A stretch of DNA of 62,266 bases, the filler included. It is 5 parts of 5 records of this genome, joined end to end, with 100 filler letters (N's around TTAATTAATTAA, not from the genome) between each part and the next. Parts side by side here need not be neighbours in the genome. Positions count along the whole stretch, not along the records: positions 6,061 to 18,203 come from DRR723986_9591; 4 more parts are not named here. The stretch is one strand, 5' to 3'. Below, in pieces: positions 9,655-18,173 of this stretch. A program made the translations under genes and the position numbers. Position 1 is the stretch's first letter, and every line of letters starts with the position of its first letter. The notes beneath the pieces are model-generated. The model saw nothing but the letters and a program-made list of their open reading frames with translations, was not told the origin of the DNA and ran no database searches.

Positions 9655-10101
9655 GTGAAACTATCAAGACTATCGGGCATTTTGTTGGGCCTGTTTCTCG
9701 TTGCCTGCGCGTCAGATGAAGAGAGAAATTTATCAGGTGCAAACGGGAAAACGGTGGTTTCGGCCTGTGATCCCGGACCGATTTTCGAACGGCTTGAGAA
9801 AGAAATGAAAACCGGTCTTGCTGGCGCGGATCAGGAGAGGATTTCTCGCGTATACAACGAATATTTTCGAATAGTGAGAATTTGCGACAAAACTCAAGAT
9901 ATGACTTATGTCGTGAAGCAAGAATATGCCGACAAAAGAACCGCCGCATTTCTCGGTTTTCCACCGCCTCCCCCGTATATTTATACGCAAAAAAAATCCC
10001 GAAAAGGTGAGCTTTGCCTCAGTCGGGAGGGCTCGGAAAGTTCGTTGATTTCCGCACCGAAATGGTATTGCGAAAAGGGCGGTTGGTCTGACAACATTTA
10101 G
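9655..10101 (+). CDS. Lipoprotein, hypothetical (candidate cognate immunity protein)
   Basis: MKLSRLSGILLGLFLVA-C lipobox; RBS GGAGAG; four further Cys; ends 14 nt before the tagged ORF at 10116. Confidence 0.75.
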   Translation: MKLSRLSGILLGLFLVACASDEERNLSGANGKTVVSACDPGPIFERLEKEMKTGLAGADQERISRVYNEYFRIVRICDKTQDMTYVVKQEYADKRTAAFLGFPPPPPYIYTQKKSRKGELCLSREGSESSLISAPKWYCEKGGWSDNI

Positions 10102-10115
10102 ATAAGGGCCAAGTA

Positions 10116-11024
10116 ATGGATAATCACGGACAGCAAACGATACGTATCGGTGAGTACAAGCTGTTTGGTGTTGCCTCACATATTATCATCACAGCTCATG
10201 ATGAAACCGGCAAGCAGATCTGGGAAGTCAACGGACTTTCACATGACAGGCAAAATAATATAATTCCAATAGGAAAACCCTGGGACGGAAGCGATACGAT
10301 CAAAGGTCACTTGGATAATTTTTCAAGGATGGGGCATCTCGTCGACAACCAGACAACAATTATCGCGGGGACGCCGGCTGAAATCGAGGCATACAGGATA
10401 AGAGCTCGCAGGGCTATTGATCGGATCAATGCTCAAAACCTTGATTACAGAATCGACAACCAAAATAGCAACAGCGTGGCGGGGACGGTCCTGAAGTCTT
10501 TCGGGATTTCGCCACAGGAATTGCTGAATTCAACAAGGCATCAATTTGAAAAACCAGTCCCAGGCTTTACCGAAGATCTGATCGGCAACAAAGATGTCTT
10601 ACCTGCAGGATCGGCGCAGTCAGATCCTGAATTGGATGGTCAGTCGGCGCATGGCAACAGATTACGAAACCATGTTTCTGCTCCGTTTCCGATGCCGAGA
10701 CCTCATTTGGCAGCGGATGACAACCGTTCGAGGGATAGTCAGCCCGCGTTGCGTGGCGAAAGTGATATTCCGCCGCCATCCTTGAGCGAACCGAAGAGCG
10801 GTGAGGCTTTTGAGAACGGTCCCATTCCGAGCGCCAAACCGAGTAGAGCTCGCTCTATGCTCCAGCCTGATAATCTGAAGAATGCAAATCCATTCGACGT
10901 GAGAAAACCCGACCTCAAACAGCAGGCCTTCCTTTTGGACCATCAGCCGACGAAGGCGAAGCAGCTTATCCTTTCTGCTGGACGAAACCCGGAGTTGTTC
11001 GGGTTCAAGGGTGTTGTCGTTTAA
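10116..11024 (+). CDS. Putative effector: N-terminal catalytic-like domain, Pro/Ser linker and C-terminal scaffold-like tag
   Basis: N-domain has SHIII and DRINAQNLDYRIDNQNSNSVAGTVL, resembling permuted papain/NlpC-P60-like H...Y-x5-N[CS]N folds. Disordered linker. Ends NPFDVRKPDLKQQAFLLDHQPTKAKQLILSAGRNPELFGF. Confidence 0.75.
   Translation: MDNHGQQTIRIGEYKLFGVASHIIITAHDETGKQIWEVNGLSHDRQNNIIPIGKPWDGSDTIKGHLDNFSRMGHLVDNQTTIIAGTPAEIEAYRIRARRAIDRINAQNLDYRIDNQNSNSVAGTVLKSFGISPQELLNSTRHQFEKPVPGFTEDLIGNKDVLPAGSAQSDPELDGQSAHGNRLRNHVSAPFPMPRPHLAADDNRSRDSQPALRGESDIPPPSLSEPKSGEAFENGPIPSAKPSRARSMLQPDNLKNANPFDVRKPDLKQQAFLLDHQPTKAKQLILSAGRNPELFGFKGVVV
10887..11006 (+). repeat. Scaffold C-terminal tag, copy 3 (complete)
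   Basis: Ungapped alignment to the scaffold tail, 21/40 aa identical, many remaining changes conservative. Confidence 0.9.
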
Positions 11025-11402
11025 CTGAACGACTCCTCGAATTTACGTGGTCCGATGCATTACCTCACAAATCGGATCCATCAGACGCCAGATCCTTGCT
11101 CACTTGCGAAGTCCTTTGTGCGCTTTGCCGTCAAAGCAACGCAGGCCTGTGACTGTCATCGCGATATTGCCACCTCGGCTGAGCGATCTTACCCGCTTTG
11201 AGCGATTTCTGCCCCGTTAATCGAGGAAACGGAAGTCCTCCAAAACTGCGTATTTCTTTTTTCAACCGGAACGTTGCTTCAGCTACTTCAAAATTGGAAG
11301 GGGCGACTTTTTGGCAAATTGCCTGCGGCCATGGCGAGGAAACGTGCGTCATCGACAGCAGTCCGTTAGAGCCGGAAAATTGTCAAAATCAAAGGAAATT
11401 CA

Positions 11403-12440
11403 ATGACATCTCAAATTTCAGACATCGTCGTCCCGCGTGTGTTCACCCCCTATATGGCGGAGAACAAGCCGGCCAAGCTGATCATGCTGGAAAAATCCGG
11501 CATTCTGGCCGGTCCGGCATCGGAAATCGGCAAGCGCTTCAAGGCCGGTGGCAACCAGATTGAAGTGCCGTGCTGGGAAGACCTCGATGATGCCGAGCCG
11601 ACGGTGATCGACGACAGCGACAACAAGATCGGTGTCAGCAAGATTACCGCCAGCGACATGAAGGCCTACAAGCACCGCCTGGCCAAGAAATACGGTGCCA
11701 AGACGGTGGCAAGCTATGCCGCAACGGGCCGGGGCGACAGCGCCATGAACCGGGTGGCGGAGCGGATCAGCGCTTACTGGGGACGCCGCAAGGAAGAGCG
11801 CATCATTGCGACGGCTGAAGGCGTGATCGCCGACAATGTCGCCAATGACAGCGGCGACATGGTCTATTCCATCTATTCCGATGTCGGTTCGCCGCCGGCC
11901 GCCAACCGCATCAGCTATCAGGCGATCAACCGTGCGCGCCTGACCATGGGTGAGAACCTGGACGACCTGCGCGTGATCGCCATGCACAGCTTCGTTTACG
12001 GCACGCTTCTGGACGACGAAAAGATCGAGTTCAAGAAACCGTCCGAAGCGCCGTTCGAGGTGCCTTATTATGCCGGGATGATGGTGGTGCATTCGGAAAT
12101 GATGCCGGTGACGGCCGGGGCCAATTCGGACGAATATTCCTGCTTCCTGTTCGCACCGGGCGCATTCATGCATATCGACGAAGTGCCGAACCGCTCGACG
12201 ATCTACGGCAACGAGGGCACCGAAATCACTCGTGATCCGGACATCGGCGACGGTGGTGGCGCCGACTATCTGACCACCCGCCGTTTCGAGCTGATCCATC
12301 CGGCCGGAATGGATTTCACGGCGTCTTCTCTTGCCAAATCCCAGGGAGCGAGCCTGGCCGAACTGCGCAACGCGGCCAACTGGGACCGGAAATACAACCG
12401 CAAGAACGTGAAGTTGGCCTGCCTGAAGGTGAACATCTGA
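11403..12440 (+). CDS. Major capsid protein (HK97 fold, SPP1 gp13-like type)
   Basis: ISDIVVPRVFTPY...SGIL...GGNQIEVPCWEDL; IAMHSFVY; C-terminal LRNAANWDRKYNRKNV; RBS AAGGAA. Confidence 0.9.
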   Translation: MTSQISDIVVPRVFTPYMAENKPAKLIMLEKSGILAGPASEIGKRFKAGGNQIEVPCWEDLDDAEPTVIDDSDNKIGVSKITASDMKAYKHRLAKKYGAKTVASYAATGRGDSAMNRVAERISAYWGRRKEERIIATAEGVIADNVANDSGDMVYSIYSDVGSPPAANRISYQAINRARLTMGENLDDLRVIAMHSFVYGTLLDDEKIEFKKPSEAPFEVPYYAGMMVVHSEMMPVTAGANSDEYSCFLFAPGAFMHIDEVPNRSTIYGNEGTEITRDPDIGDGGGADYLTTRRFELIHPAGMDFTASSLAKSQGASLAELRNAANWDRKYNRKNVKLACLKVNI

Positions 12441-12603
12441 CGGCGTACCCAGCGGGCAGTCTGGGGACGAACGACCGCAGACATCCACCCCAACGTTTTT
12501 GGACCGATCGACGTTTCTGCCCTTAGCCTTTCCTGCGGGCTTTTTGTTTGGTCGGTTCGACCCCTCATGGGCCTGATCAAGTCAGGGCCTGCCAAACTTC
12601 TTC

Positions 12604-12626
12604 GGGCGGCGTTTGCCGCCCTTTTT
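12604..12626 (+). terminator. Intrinsic terminator downstream of the capsid gene
   Basis: GGGCGGC-GTTT-GCCGCCC perfect 7-bp stem followed by TTTTT. Confidence 0.7.
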
Positions 12627-12651
12627 CATTTTCTCGAAAAAGAGGCCAGAC

Positions 12652-12990
12652 ATGGACGAGATCATCATGCGCCGCTTGCGGCATCTCCAGCGCCTGGAAG
12701 AACAACACGAAGCAGATTTTCTGGCCCGGTGCGCCCCACCCAAAACCGAGGCCGAAAAGCGGCAGGAACACCTGGCGGATGCGCTGGCCGCGGACTGGAA
12801 CCGCAAGCAAAGGGCAGCAAGGCAGCCACAGGCCGAAAAGCCGCTGCCCAAAGGCTGGCGCAAGGAGCACTGGAAGACCCAGCAGGCCATGGCCGCGGAT
12901 TATGCCGGCGTGAAGGCCGCCAACAAATACGAGGCTGTTCAGGCGCTTGCTGCCTATGAGGCCAAAGCCGGCGACCTTGCCGCCGCCTGA
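12652..12990 (+). CDS. Small phage protein with possible C-terminal HeH/LEM-like domain
   Basis: RBS GAGG, ATG 12652; helical; C-terminus LPKGWRKEHWKTQQAMAA...NKYEAVQAL. Confidence 0.6.
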   Translation: MDEIIMRRLRHLQRLEEQHEADFLARCAPPKTEAEKRQEHLADALAADWNRKQRAARQPQAEKPLPKGWRKEHWKTQQAMAADYAGVKAANKYEAVQALAAYEAKAGDLAAA

Positions 12991-13011
12991 CCCTTTCAAG
13001 GAAACTATTTC

Positions 13012-13599
13012 ATGTCGGGAACCGTCAACACAGCCGTTGAGATGGCGAACCTTGCGCTTGCGCATCTGAAGGAAGCGCCCATCCGCGACTTCGATTTTTC
13101 CTCCGTCGCGTCGCGCTGGTTCAGGAACCATTATGCAGCGCACCGGGATGCCTATTTGGCCATGCACGACTGGGACTTTGCCATTGAGCTGGTGAACCTG
13201 CCTGCGGAAACCGAAAAACCGCCGTTTCGCTGGGCCTACCAGTACAAGCTGCCGGCCGGCACGCTTCGCATTCCGCAGCAGAGTGTTGGCGGATCGCCGG
13301 GAGGGACGATCATTCCCTTCGAAGTGGTGGGCCAGCGCATCATGTCGGATCATCCGCCGCCGTTTCCGCTCCGCCATGTGCGCCGGGTGGTGCGGGAGGC
13401 CGAATTCGCGCCGCTGTTCGTGAACGGGTTCGCCCTGTTTCTGGCGGCAGGCTGCGCCCATTCGATCACCGGAAAGAACAGCCGTGCGGAAGCCTTGCGC
13501 CAGGCGGCGCGGGAAGCCTTCGACCAGGCCGGAACATCCGACGCCCTGCAGGGCACGCCGCTGCCCATGATTGACCTGGATATCATTGCAAACAGATGA
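13012..13599 (+). CDS. Tail adaptor / tail tubular protein A-like
   Basis: VEMANLALAHL...WDFA...FRWAYQYKLP...FAPLFVNGFALFLA pattern of podovirus adaptors; overlaps the nozzle start (ATGA). Confidence 0.85.
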   Translation: MSGTVNTAVEMANLALAHLKEAPIRDFDFSSVASRWFRNHYAAHRDAYLAMHDWDFAIELVNLPAETEKPPFRWAYQYKLPAGTLRIPQQSVGGSPGGTIIPFEVVGQRIMSDHPPPFPLRHVRRVVREAEFAPLFVNGFALFLAAGCAHSITGKNSRAEALRQAAREAFDQAGTSDALQGTPLPMIDLDIIANR

Positions 13600-16028
13600 G
13601 CTATCACCTTCAAGCCACATTCAGCCGGGGCGAACTCGACCCGGAGCTGATCTACCGTTCGGACCTGGAACTGTTCCGGTCCTCCCTGGCCGAATGCCGG
13701 AATTTCCTGACCCTGAAACGCGGCGGTCTGCGCCGGCGCGGCGGCACCAAATTTTTTGCAGAGCTGAAGGACAGCAGTCGGCAAGGCTGGCTGATCCCGT
13801 TCGAGTTCGGAAACGGGCAATATTACATGCTTGAGTTCGGCCACCACATGTTCCGGGTGTTCACCAGCGAGGGGCGGGTCGGCACTGTTGAAGTGGCGAC
13901 ACCCTATTCCTCCGAGGTTTTGCCACGGCTGAAATTCGTGCGGTCGACCGACACGCTGTTCATCGCCGGAGGCGGCGTTGCCCCGCAGGCGCTCAAGCGG
14001 TTGTCGGAACTTTCCTGGGCGATCGAACCGATGGCGTTCAGGGATGGGCCCTATCTGGATGTCAATATCTCGCCGACGAACCTGAAACCGGCCGGCACGG
14101 GCAATGCTGTTCCGAAAATGACATCGAACACAGCCCCGAGCGGAGTGGTGTCTGCCTCCAACGGCAGCGCTTCGGCGTGGCAGGTGTTCAGCCGGTCGGA
14201 GGGCAAGACAGTGCTTTCATCCGGGGCAACGGGTTGGGTGCAATACCAGTTCCCCGGCAGCGTCGTGATCGACGCCTACATGCTGCAGGCGCCGAACGAC
14301 AATAGCCAGAACGACGACATGCCCTGGCAGTGGAACATTGAGGCGTCGAACAACGGCTCCGACTGGACAATTCTGGATACGCAGGACGGTCAGGATACCT
14401 GGGCCTCCAACGAATGGCGGGAATATGATTTTCACAACGAAACCGCCTTTACTCATTACCGGCTGAGCTTCACGCAAGGAGGCGGATCTGCTTCGGACAA
14501 TTCCGCCATCGGGCAACTGGTGTTTCACCAGGCTGGCAACGATCAGAACCCCTTCACGCTGACCGCATCAGGCACTGCAGGGATCAATGGAGGTGCCGGC
14601 TTTCAGTCGTCTGACGTCGGGCGGCATATCCGGTTTCGCGGGTCGGACGGGTTCTGGCGCTGGTTCCGGATCCACAGCCGCCAGTCGGCAACCTCGGTCA
14701 AGGTGCAGCTTTTCGGCCAGGCGCTGCAGGACACCAAGGCACAAAGCATCTGGCGGTTGGGGGCATGGTCCGGCACGACGGGATGGCCGGAAACGATCGG
14801 CTGGCACAAGAACCGTCTCGCCTTCGCGGGCACCAGCGAGGAACCACAGAAGATATGGGAAAGCCAGACGGAGGACTTCACCAACTTTTCCGTTTCCCAT
14901 GTTCTGAAGGCATCCGACGCGGTGACCGCGGGCATTCTTTCCGGACAGGTGAACCGGATCCAGTGGCTGGTCGACGATAACGACCTGATTGTCGGCACGA
15001 CCCGCGCGGTGCGTGCCGTCGGCAAGGCGACCGATCAGGACCCTTACGGGCCGGAGAATGTCGACCAGAAGCCTGAAACGAATTTCGGCGCCAATGACGT
15101 CAGCCCGATCAAGGTGGGGTCGGTGCTGATCTACTACGGCCCTTATGGAACCGACATGCGCGAAATGGCCTATGACTTCGGCTCCGATGGCCGGGTGTCT
15201 CAGGCGGTGAGCGAGGTGCAGTCGCATCTGTTTCAGGATGGGATTTCCGGGGCCTGCTACCAGCAATATCCCGATAGCGTCATCTGGCAGTGGGACCAAA
15301 ATGGCCTCGGGATCGGGTTTACCTATGAGCGTCAGCAGCAGGTCTATGGCATGCAGCGCCACGATTTCGGTGGTGTGGTGGAATGTATGGCGGACCTTTC
15401 GGGCGCTGGAGCGGACACCGTCTGGATGATCGTGAAACGGACCGTCGACGGACAGGTGCGGCGGTACATCGAAATCATGCAGCGGCCTTTTCTGGGCGAC
15501 GCTATCGAGGACGCATGGCATCTCGATTGCGGTGCGCGCTACGAAGGCCTGTCGGCAAACACGGTCTCGGGACTTCAGCATCTGGAAGGCGAAGAGGTGA
15601 TCCTTTATGCCGATGGGACCGACTATCCGGCAACTGTCACCGCCGGAGAAGCGAGCCTGCCGAATGGCCAGACAGCGGAAAAGATCCTGGTCGGGCTGAA
15701 TGTTTCGGCGAGGGCGAAGACCTTGCCGTTTCCCGTCAATGCGCAGGATGGCTCAGCCATGGGCCGCAAGATGCGCGTGGACAATTGCAGCATCGCGGTT
15801 CTGGACACCGGGACCCTGAAGGCCGGGTCAGACGAAACCTTTCTGGACGAGCTGATCTACTACCGTGCGGGAGATCCTGCCGGAGAGCCAGCGCCCTTGC
15901 GCACTGGGGTGCTCGACCAGCCAATAGAAACGCGATGGGAAGACGGCGGGCAGCTTACGCTGGCAGCCAGCGGCGGCAAACCCTGCACCATCCTGGCCGT
16001 CAATTTCGGCCGAGACGCGGAGCCTTAA
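13596..16028 (+). CDS. Tail nozzle / tail tubular protein B with an internal discoidin (F5/8-C)-like insert
   Basis: QATFSRGELDP...NF...GGLRRRGGTKF N-terminus; WRLGAWS...GWP...HKNRLAFAG; QQYPDSVIW; insert at ~14110-14535. Confidence 0.88.
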   Translation: MSYHLQATFSRGELDPELIYRSDLELFRSSLAECRNFLTLKRGGLRRRGGTKFFAELKDSSRQGWLIPFEFGNGQYYMLEFGHHMFRVFTSEGRVGTVEVATPYSSEVLPRLKFVRSTDTLFIAGGGVAPQALKRLSELSWAIEPMAFRDGPYLDVNISPTNLKPAGTGNAVPKMTSNTAPSGVVSASNGSASAWQVFSRSEGKTVLSSGATGWVQYQFPGSVVIDAYMLQAPNDNSQNDDMPWQWNIEASNNGSDWTILDTQDGQDTWASNEWREYDFHNETAFTHYRLSFTQGGGSASDNSAIGQLVFHQAGNDQNPFTLTASGTAGINGGAGFQSSDVGRHIRFRGSDGFWRWFRIHSRQSATSVKVQLFGQALQDTKAQSIWRLGAWSGTTGWPETIGWHKNRLAFAGTSEEPQKIWESQTEDFTNFSVSHVLKASDAVTAGILSGQVNRIQWLVDDNDLIVGTTRAVRAVGKATDQDPYGPENVDQKPETNFGANDVSPIKVGSVLIYYGPYGTDMREMAYDFGSDGRVSQAVSEVQSHLFQDGISGACYQQYPDSVIWQWDQNGLGIGFTYERQQQVYGMQRHDFGGVVECMADLSGAGADTVWMIVKRTVDGQVRRYIEIMQRPFLGDAIEDAWHLDCGARYEGLSANTVSGLQHLEGEEVILYADGTDYPATVTAGEASLPNGQTAEKILVGLNVSARAKTLPFPVNAQDGSAMGRKMRVDNCSIAVLDTGTLKAGSDETFLDELIYYRAGDPAGEPAPLRTGVLDQPIETRWEDGGQLTLAASGGKPCTILAVNFGRDAEP

Positions 16029-16031
16029 TTC

Positions 16032-16532
16032 ATGTGTCACCCAGCAATATTGGCTGCGGTCTCCGTTGCGGGATCGCTGGCCGGCGGCGCTGCGCAAGCG
16101 CAGGGCGCGCGCCAGCAGGCAGATGCCCAGGCAAAGGCGGAAGAGCGCCGTGCAGAACTGGCCGACCGCCAGAAGGCGGTCAACCAGACCCAGGCTTCTT
16201 TTGAGCGAAAACGAACCCTGGACAAATACGAAAGGGCACTCGGCTTCAACCGGGCTGCCGGAGCCGAACGCGGGCTATCGCAAACCGGTTCGCTGACTGA
16301 CGTCGCGGACGACAATGCCTTTGAAGCGGCACAAAGCATCGAGGCAATTCGGTATGGCGCGGAAGGCAAGCGGGACAATCTGACCTTCGAGGCGAAAACG
16401 GCCCGGGAGCGGGCACATTCGAGCCGCCGCGCGGGGCGTATCAGCGCCACCGGTGCCATGCTGGGTGGTGTTACCCAGGCTTTCACGACGCTTGGCAATG
16501 CCGCCTACAACGGCGCTTTCAAATTCAGGTGA
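16032..16532 (+). CDS. Internal virion (ejection) protein, T7 gp14-like
   Basis: MCHP + Ala/Gly hydrophobic N-terminus, coiled coil, GL---GS--DV motif, hydrophobic C-terminus; directly after the nozzle. Confidence 0.75.
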   Translation: MCHPAILAAVSVAGSLAGGAAQAQGARQQADAQAKAEERRAELADRQKAVNQTQASFERKRTLDKYERALGFNRAAGAERGLSQTGSLTDVADDNAFEAAQSIEAIRYGAEGKRDNLTFEAKTARERAHSSRRAGRISATGAMLGGVTQAFTTLGNAAYNGAFKFR

Positions 16533-16548
16533 CAAAACGGTACTGACA

Positions 16549-18084
16549 ATGGCGAGATTGCAGAAATTCAATGGTGCCGATAGCCTTCCGGGCGTTGGCA
16601 GTCCGCAAGTTGTCGCTGACACCGCGGTTGGAGAAGCTGCGGCAGGGCTGGGACAACAAATCCGCCGTTCGGCAGGGGCTTTCGGTGATCTTGCCGGGAC
16701 CGCTGCTCAAAGACGCAGGCGAATTGAGGACTTTAAAGTTCAAATGGCTCAACGGGAATTTGACGCCAGGTTGAAGGAAAAGGCTGCGGAGGAACAGCGG
16801 CAGTCACCGCCGGGTGGCTTTGGTTTCACAAAAGCCATGATGGCGCATCTTGAAAGGTCGAAGGAGCAGGCGCTCAAGGAACTGCCGGAGAGTTCAAGAC
16901 CTGCTTTCGATCATCATGTCGAGGCGCAGCGGGACCGCTATATCAACGGATTTGCAGCGATTGAGGCAGGGGAAAACGAACGCTATTTTCAGCAAGGTTT
17001 GGAAGAAGAAGGCATTCGGTTGGCATCGGAGGTGCGCGAGAATCCGGATGGTCTCGCAGAAGCATTCGAACAGGCAAGAACGTTGCTGAGGGCTGCACCC
17101 ATGCCGGCCGAAGGCAAAAAGGCAGCCTATGCGAAAATAGGCGAGACACTGGCAGAGGCCTGGGCTGAGACAAGACCACTTGAAGAACTGCTACCAGCAA
17201 TCGGCGACGAACTTGCAAGGCGAGAGTTTGCAGGACCGGAAGGGTTAGGGAATGACCTCGAACAGGTGGGTGAGACCGTCAATGGCCCCGACGGGCCGGA
17301 GGCGTTTGCGGACGAAAGCCAGGTACTGGCAGAGCGGCTGAAACTGCTGTCTGGTGAAACACTGGGCCGAATGCAGGTAAATGCCGTTAAAAGCAGAGCG
17401 GCGATTGCTGCTGGGGAAGTTGGCAAGATCGAACGCCGCATCGAGGCGAGTTTTGGCCAGTTCGACAAATCCGAGATCGAAGCAAACAGTTTGCTCGACC
17501 CAAGGCAGAAAACACGACTGATCGGCCAGCTTGAAGTCGCAAAAAAGGAGCATATCGCGAACATTGAAGCTGCGAACTGGCTCTTGTCTACTGAAATAGA
17601 GGATCGGGGACCGCAGCGCCAGAAGAACGCAGACCGGGCGTTCACCTTTCTGAATAATGGCGAAATCGACCGGGACACACTTGCACTCAAGATTGTGGCA
17701 ACGAAGGGCGTTGTTCCGGAGGGGTATGCCGCCGCCTTGAGCAAGGGAACGCGGAGCAACGAACCCGAGGTCATTGTACGAGCATTCGAAAACCTCGCAA
17801 AGGTTCTTGCGCTGGTACCGCAGTCGGCTGTGTTGGCAAAAAGAGATCGCAATCTTGTCGACAGGTTTGAAAAGTGGACCCTTTTGACAAAAGGCTATGG
17901 ACTGAGCCCTGAGGAAGCCGCGTTGACGCTGGCAAAAGGCAATAATCCTCGTTCTGGGTATAGTCTGGAGGAGGCTTTTGACCGGCAGTTTCCCGGTTGG
18001 GAAGGGAAAGACCTCGATAGCCAGAGTTTGAAAGAGTTGCTGACATCTGCAGATACAAGATTTCCGGAAGGATCTGGCGGATAA
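16549..18084 (+). CDS. Helical internal virion/ejection protein (gp15-like position)
   Basis: MARL...VGEAAAGLGQQI N-terminus typical of podovirus second ejection proteins; Ala/Glu-rich and helical. Confidence 0.6.
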   Translation: MARLQKFNGADSLPGVGSPQVVADTAVGEAAAGLGQQIRRSAGAFGDLAGTAAQRRRRIEDFKVQMAQREFDARLKEKAAEEQRQSPPGGFGFTKAMMAHLERSKEQALKELPESSRPAFDHHVEAQRDRYINGFAAIEAGENERYFQQGLEEEGIRLASEVRENPDGLAEAFEQARTLLRAAPMPAEGKKAAYAKIGETLAEAWAETRPLEELLPAIGDELARREFAGPEGLGNDLEQVGETVNGPDGPEAFADESQVLAERLKLLSGETLGRMQVNAVKSRAAIAAGEVGKIERRIEASFGQFDKSEIEANSLLDPRQKTRLIGQLEVAKKEHIANIEAANWLLSTEIEDRGPQRQKNADRAFTFLNNGEIDRDTLALKIVATKGVVPEGYAAALSKGTRSNEPEVIVRAFENLAKVLALVPQSAVLAKRDRNLVDRFEKWTLLTKGYGLSPEEAALTLAKGNNPRSGYSLEEAFDRQFPGWEGKDLDSQSLKELLTSADTRFPEGSGG

Positions 18085-18173
18085 ACGCAACAGGTTCAAT
18101 CCGGCGAGAGCCCTTTCGAGCCGCCAATGTGACCGTGGCTCAATTTCTGATCTCAATTTTTATAGGGAACTCC

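Noticed and set aside
11403-12440. Capsid plus C-terminally tagged cargo as an encapsulin
   Set aside because: Portal, scaffold, tail adaptor, nozzle and ejection genes are present, so this is a tailed-virion module, and the tag derives from the scaffold.
6755-18156. Minus-strand ORFs of 300+ aa (6755-7783, 11418-12488, 12577-13620, 14568-15581, 17245-18156)
   Set aside because: Antisense to well-supported phage genes.
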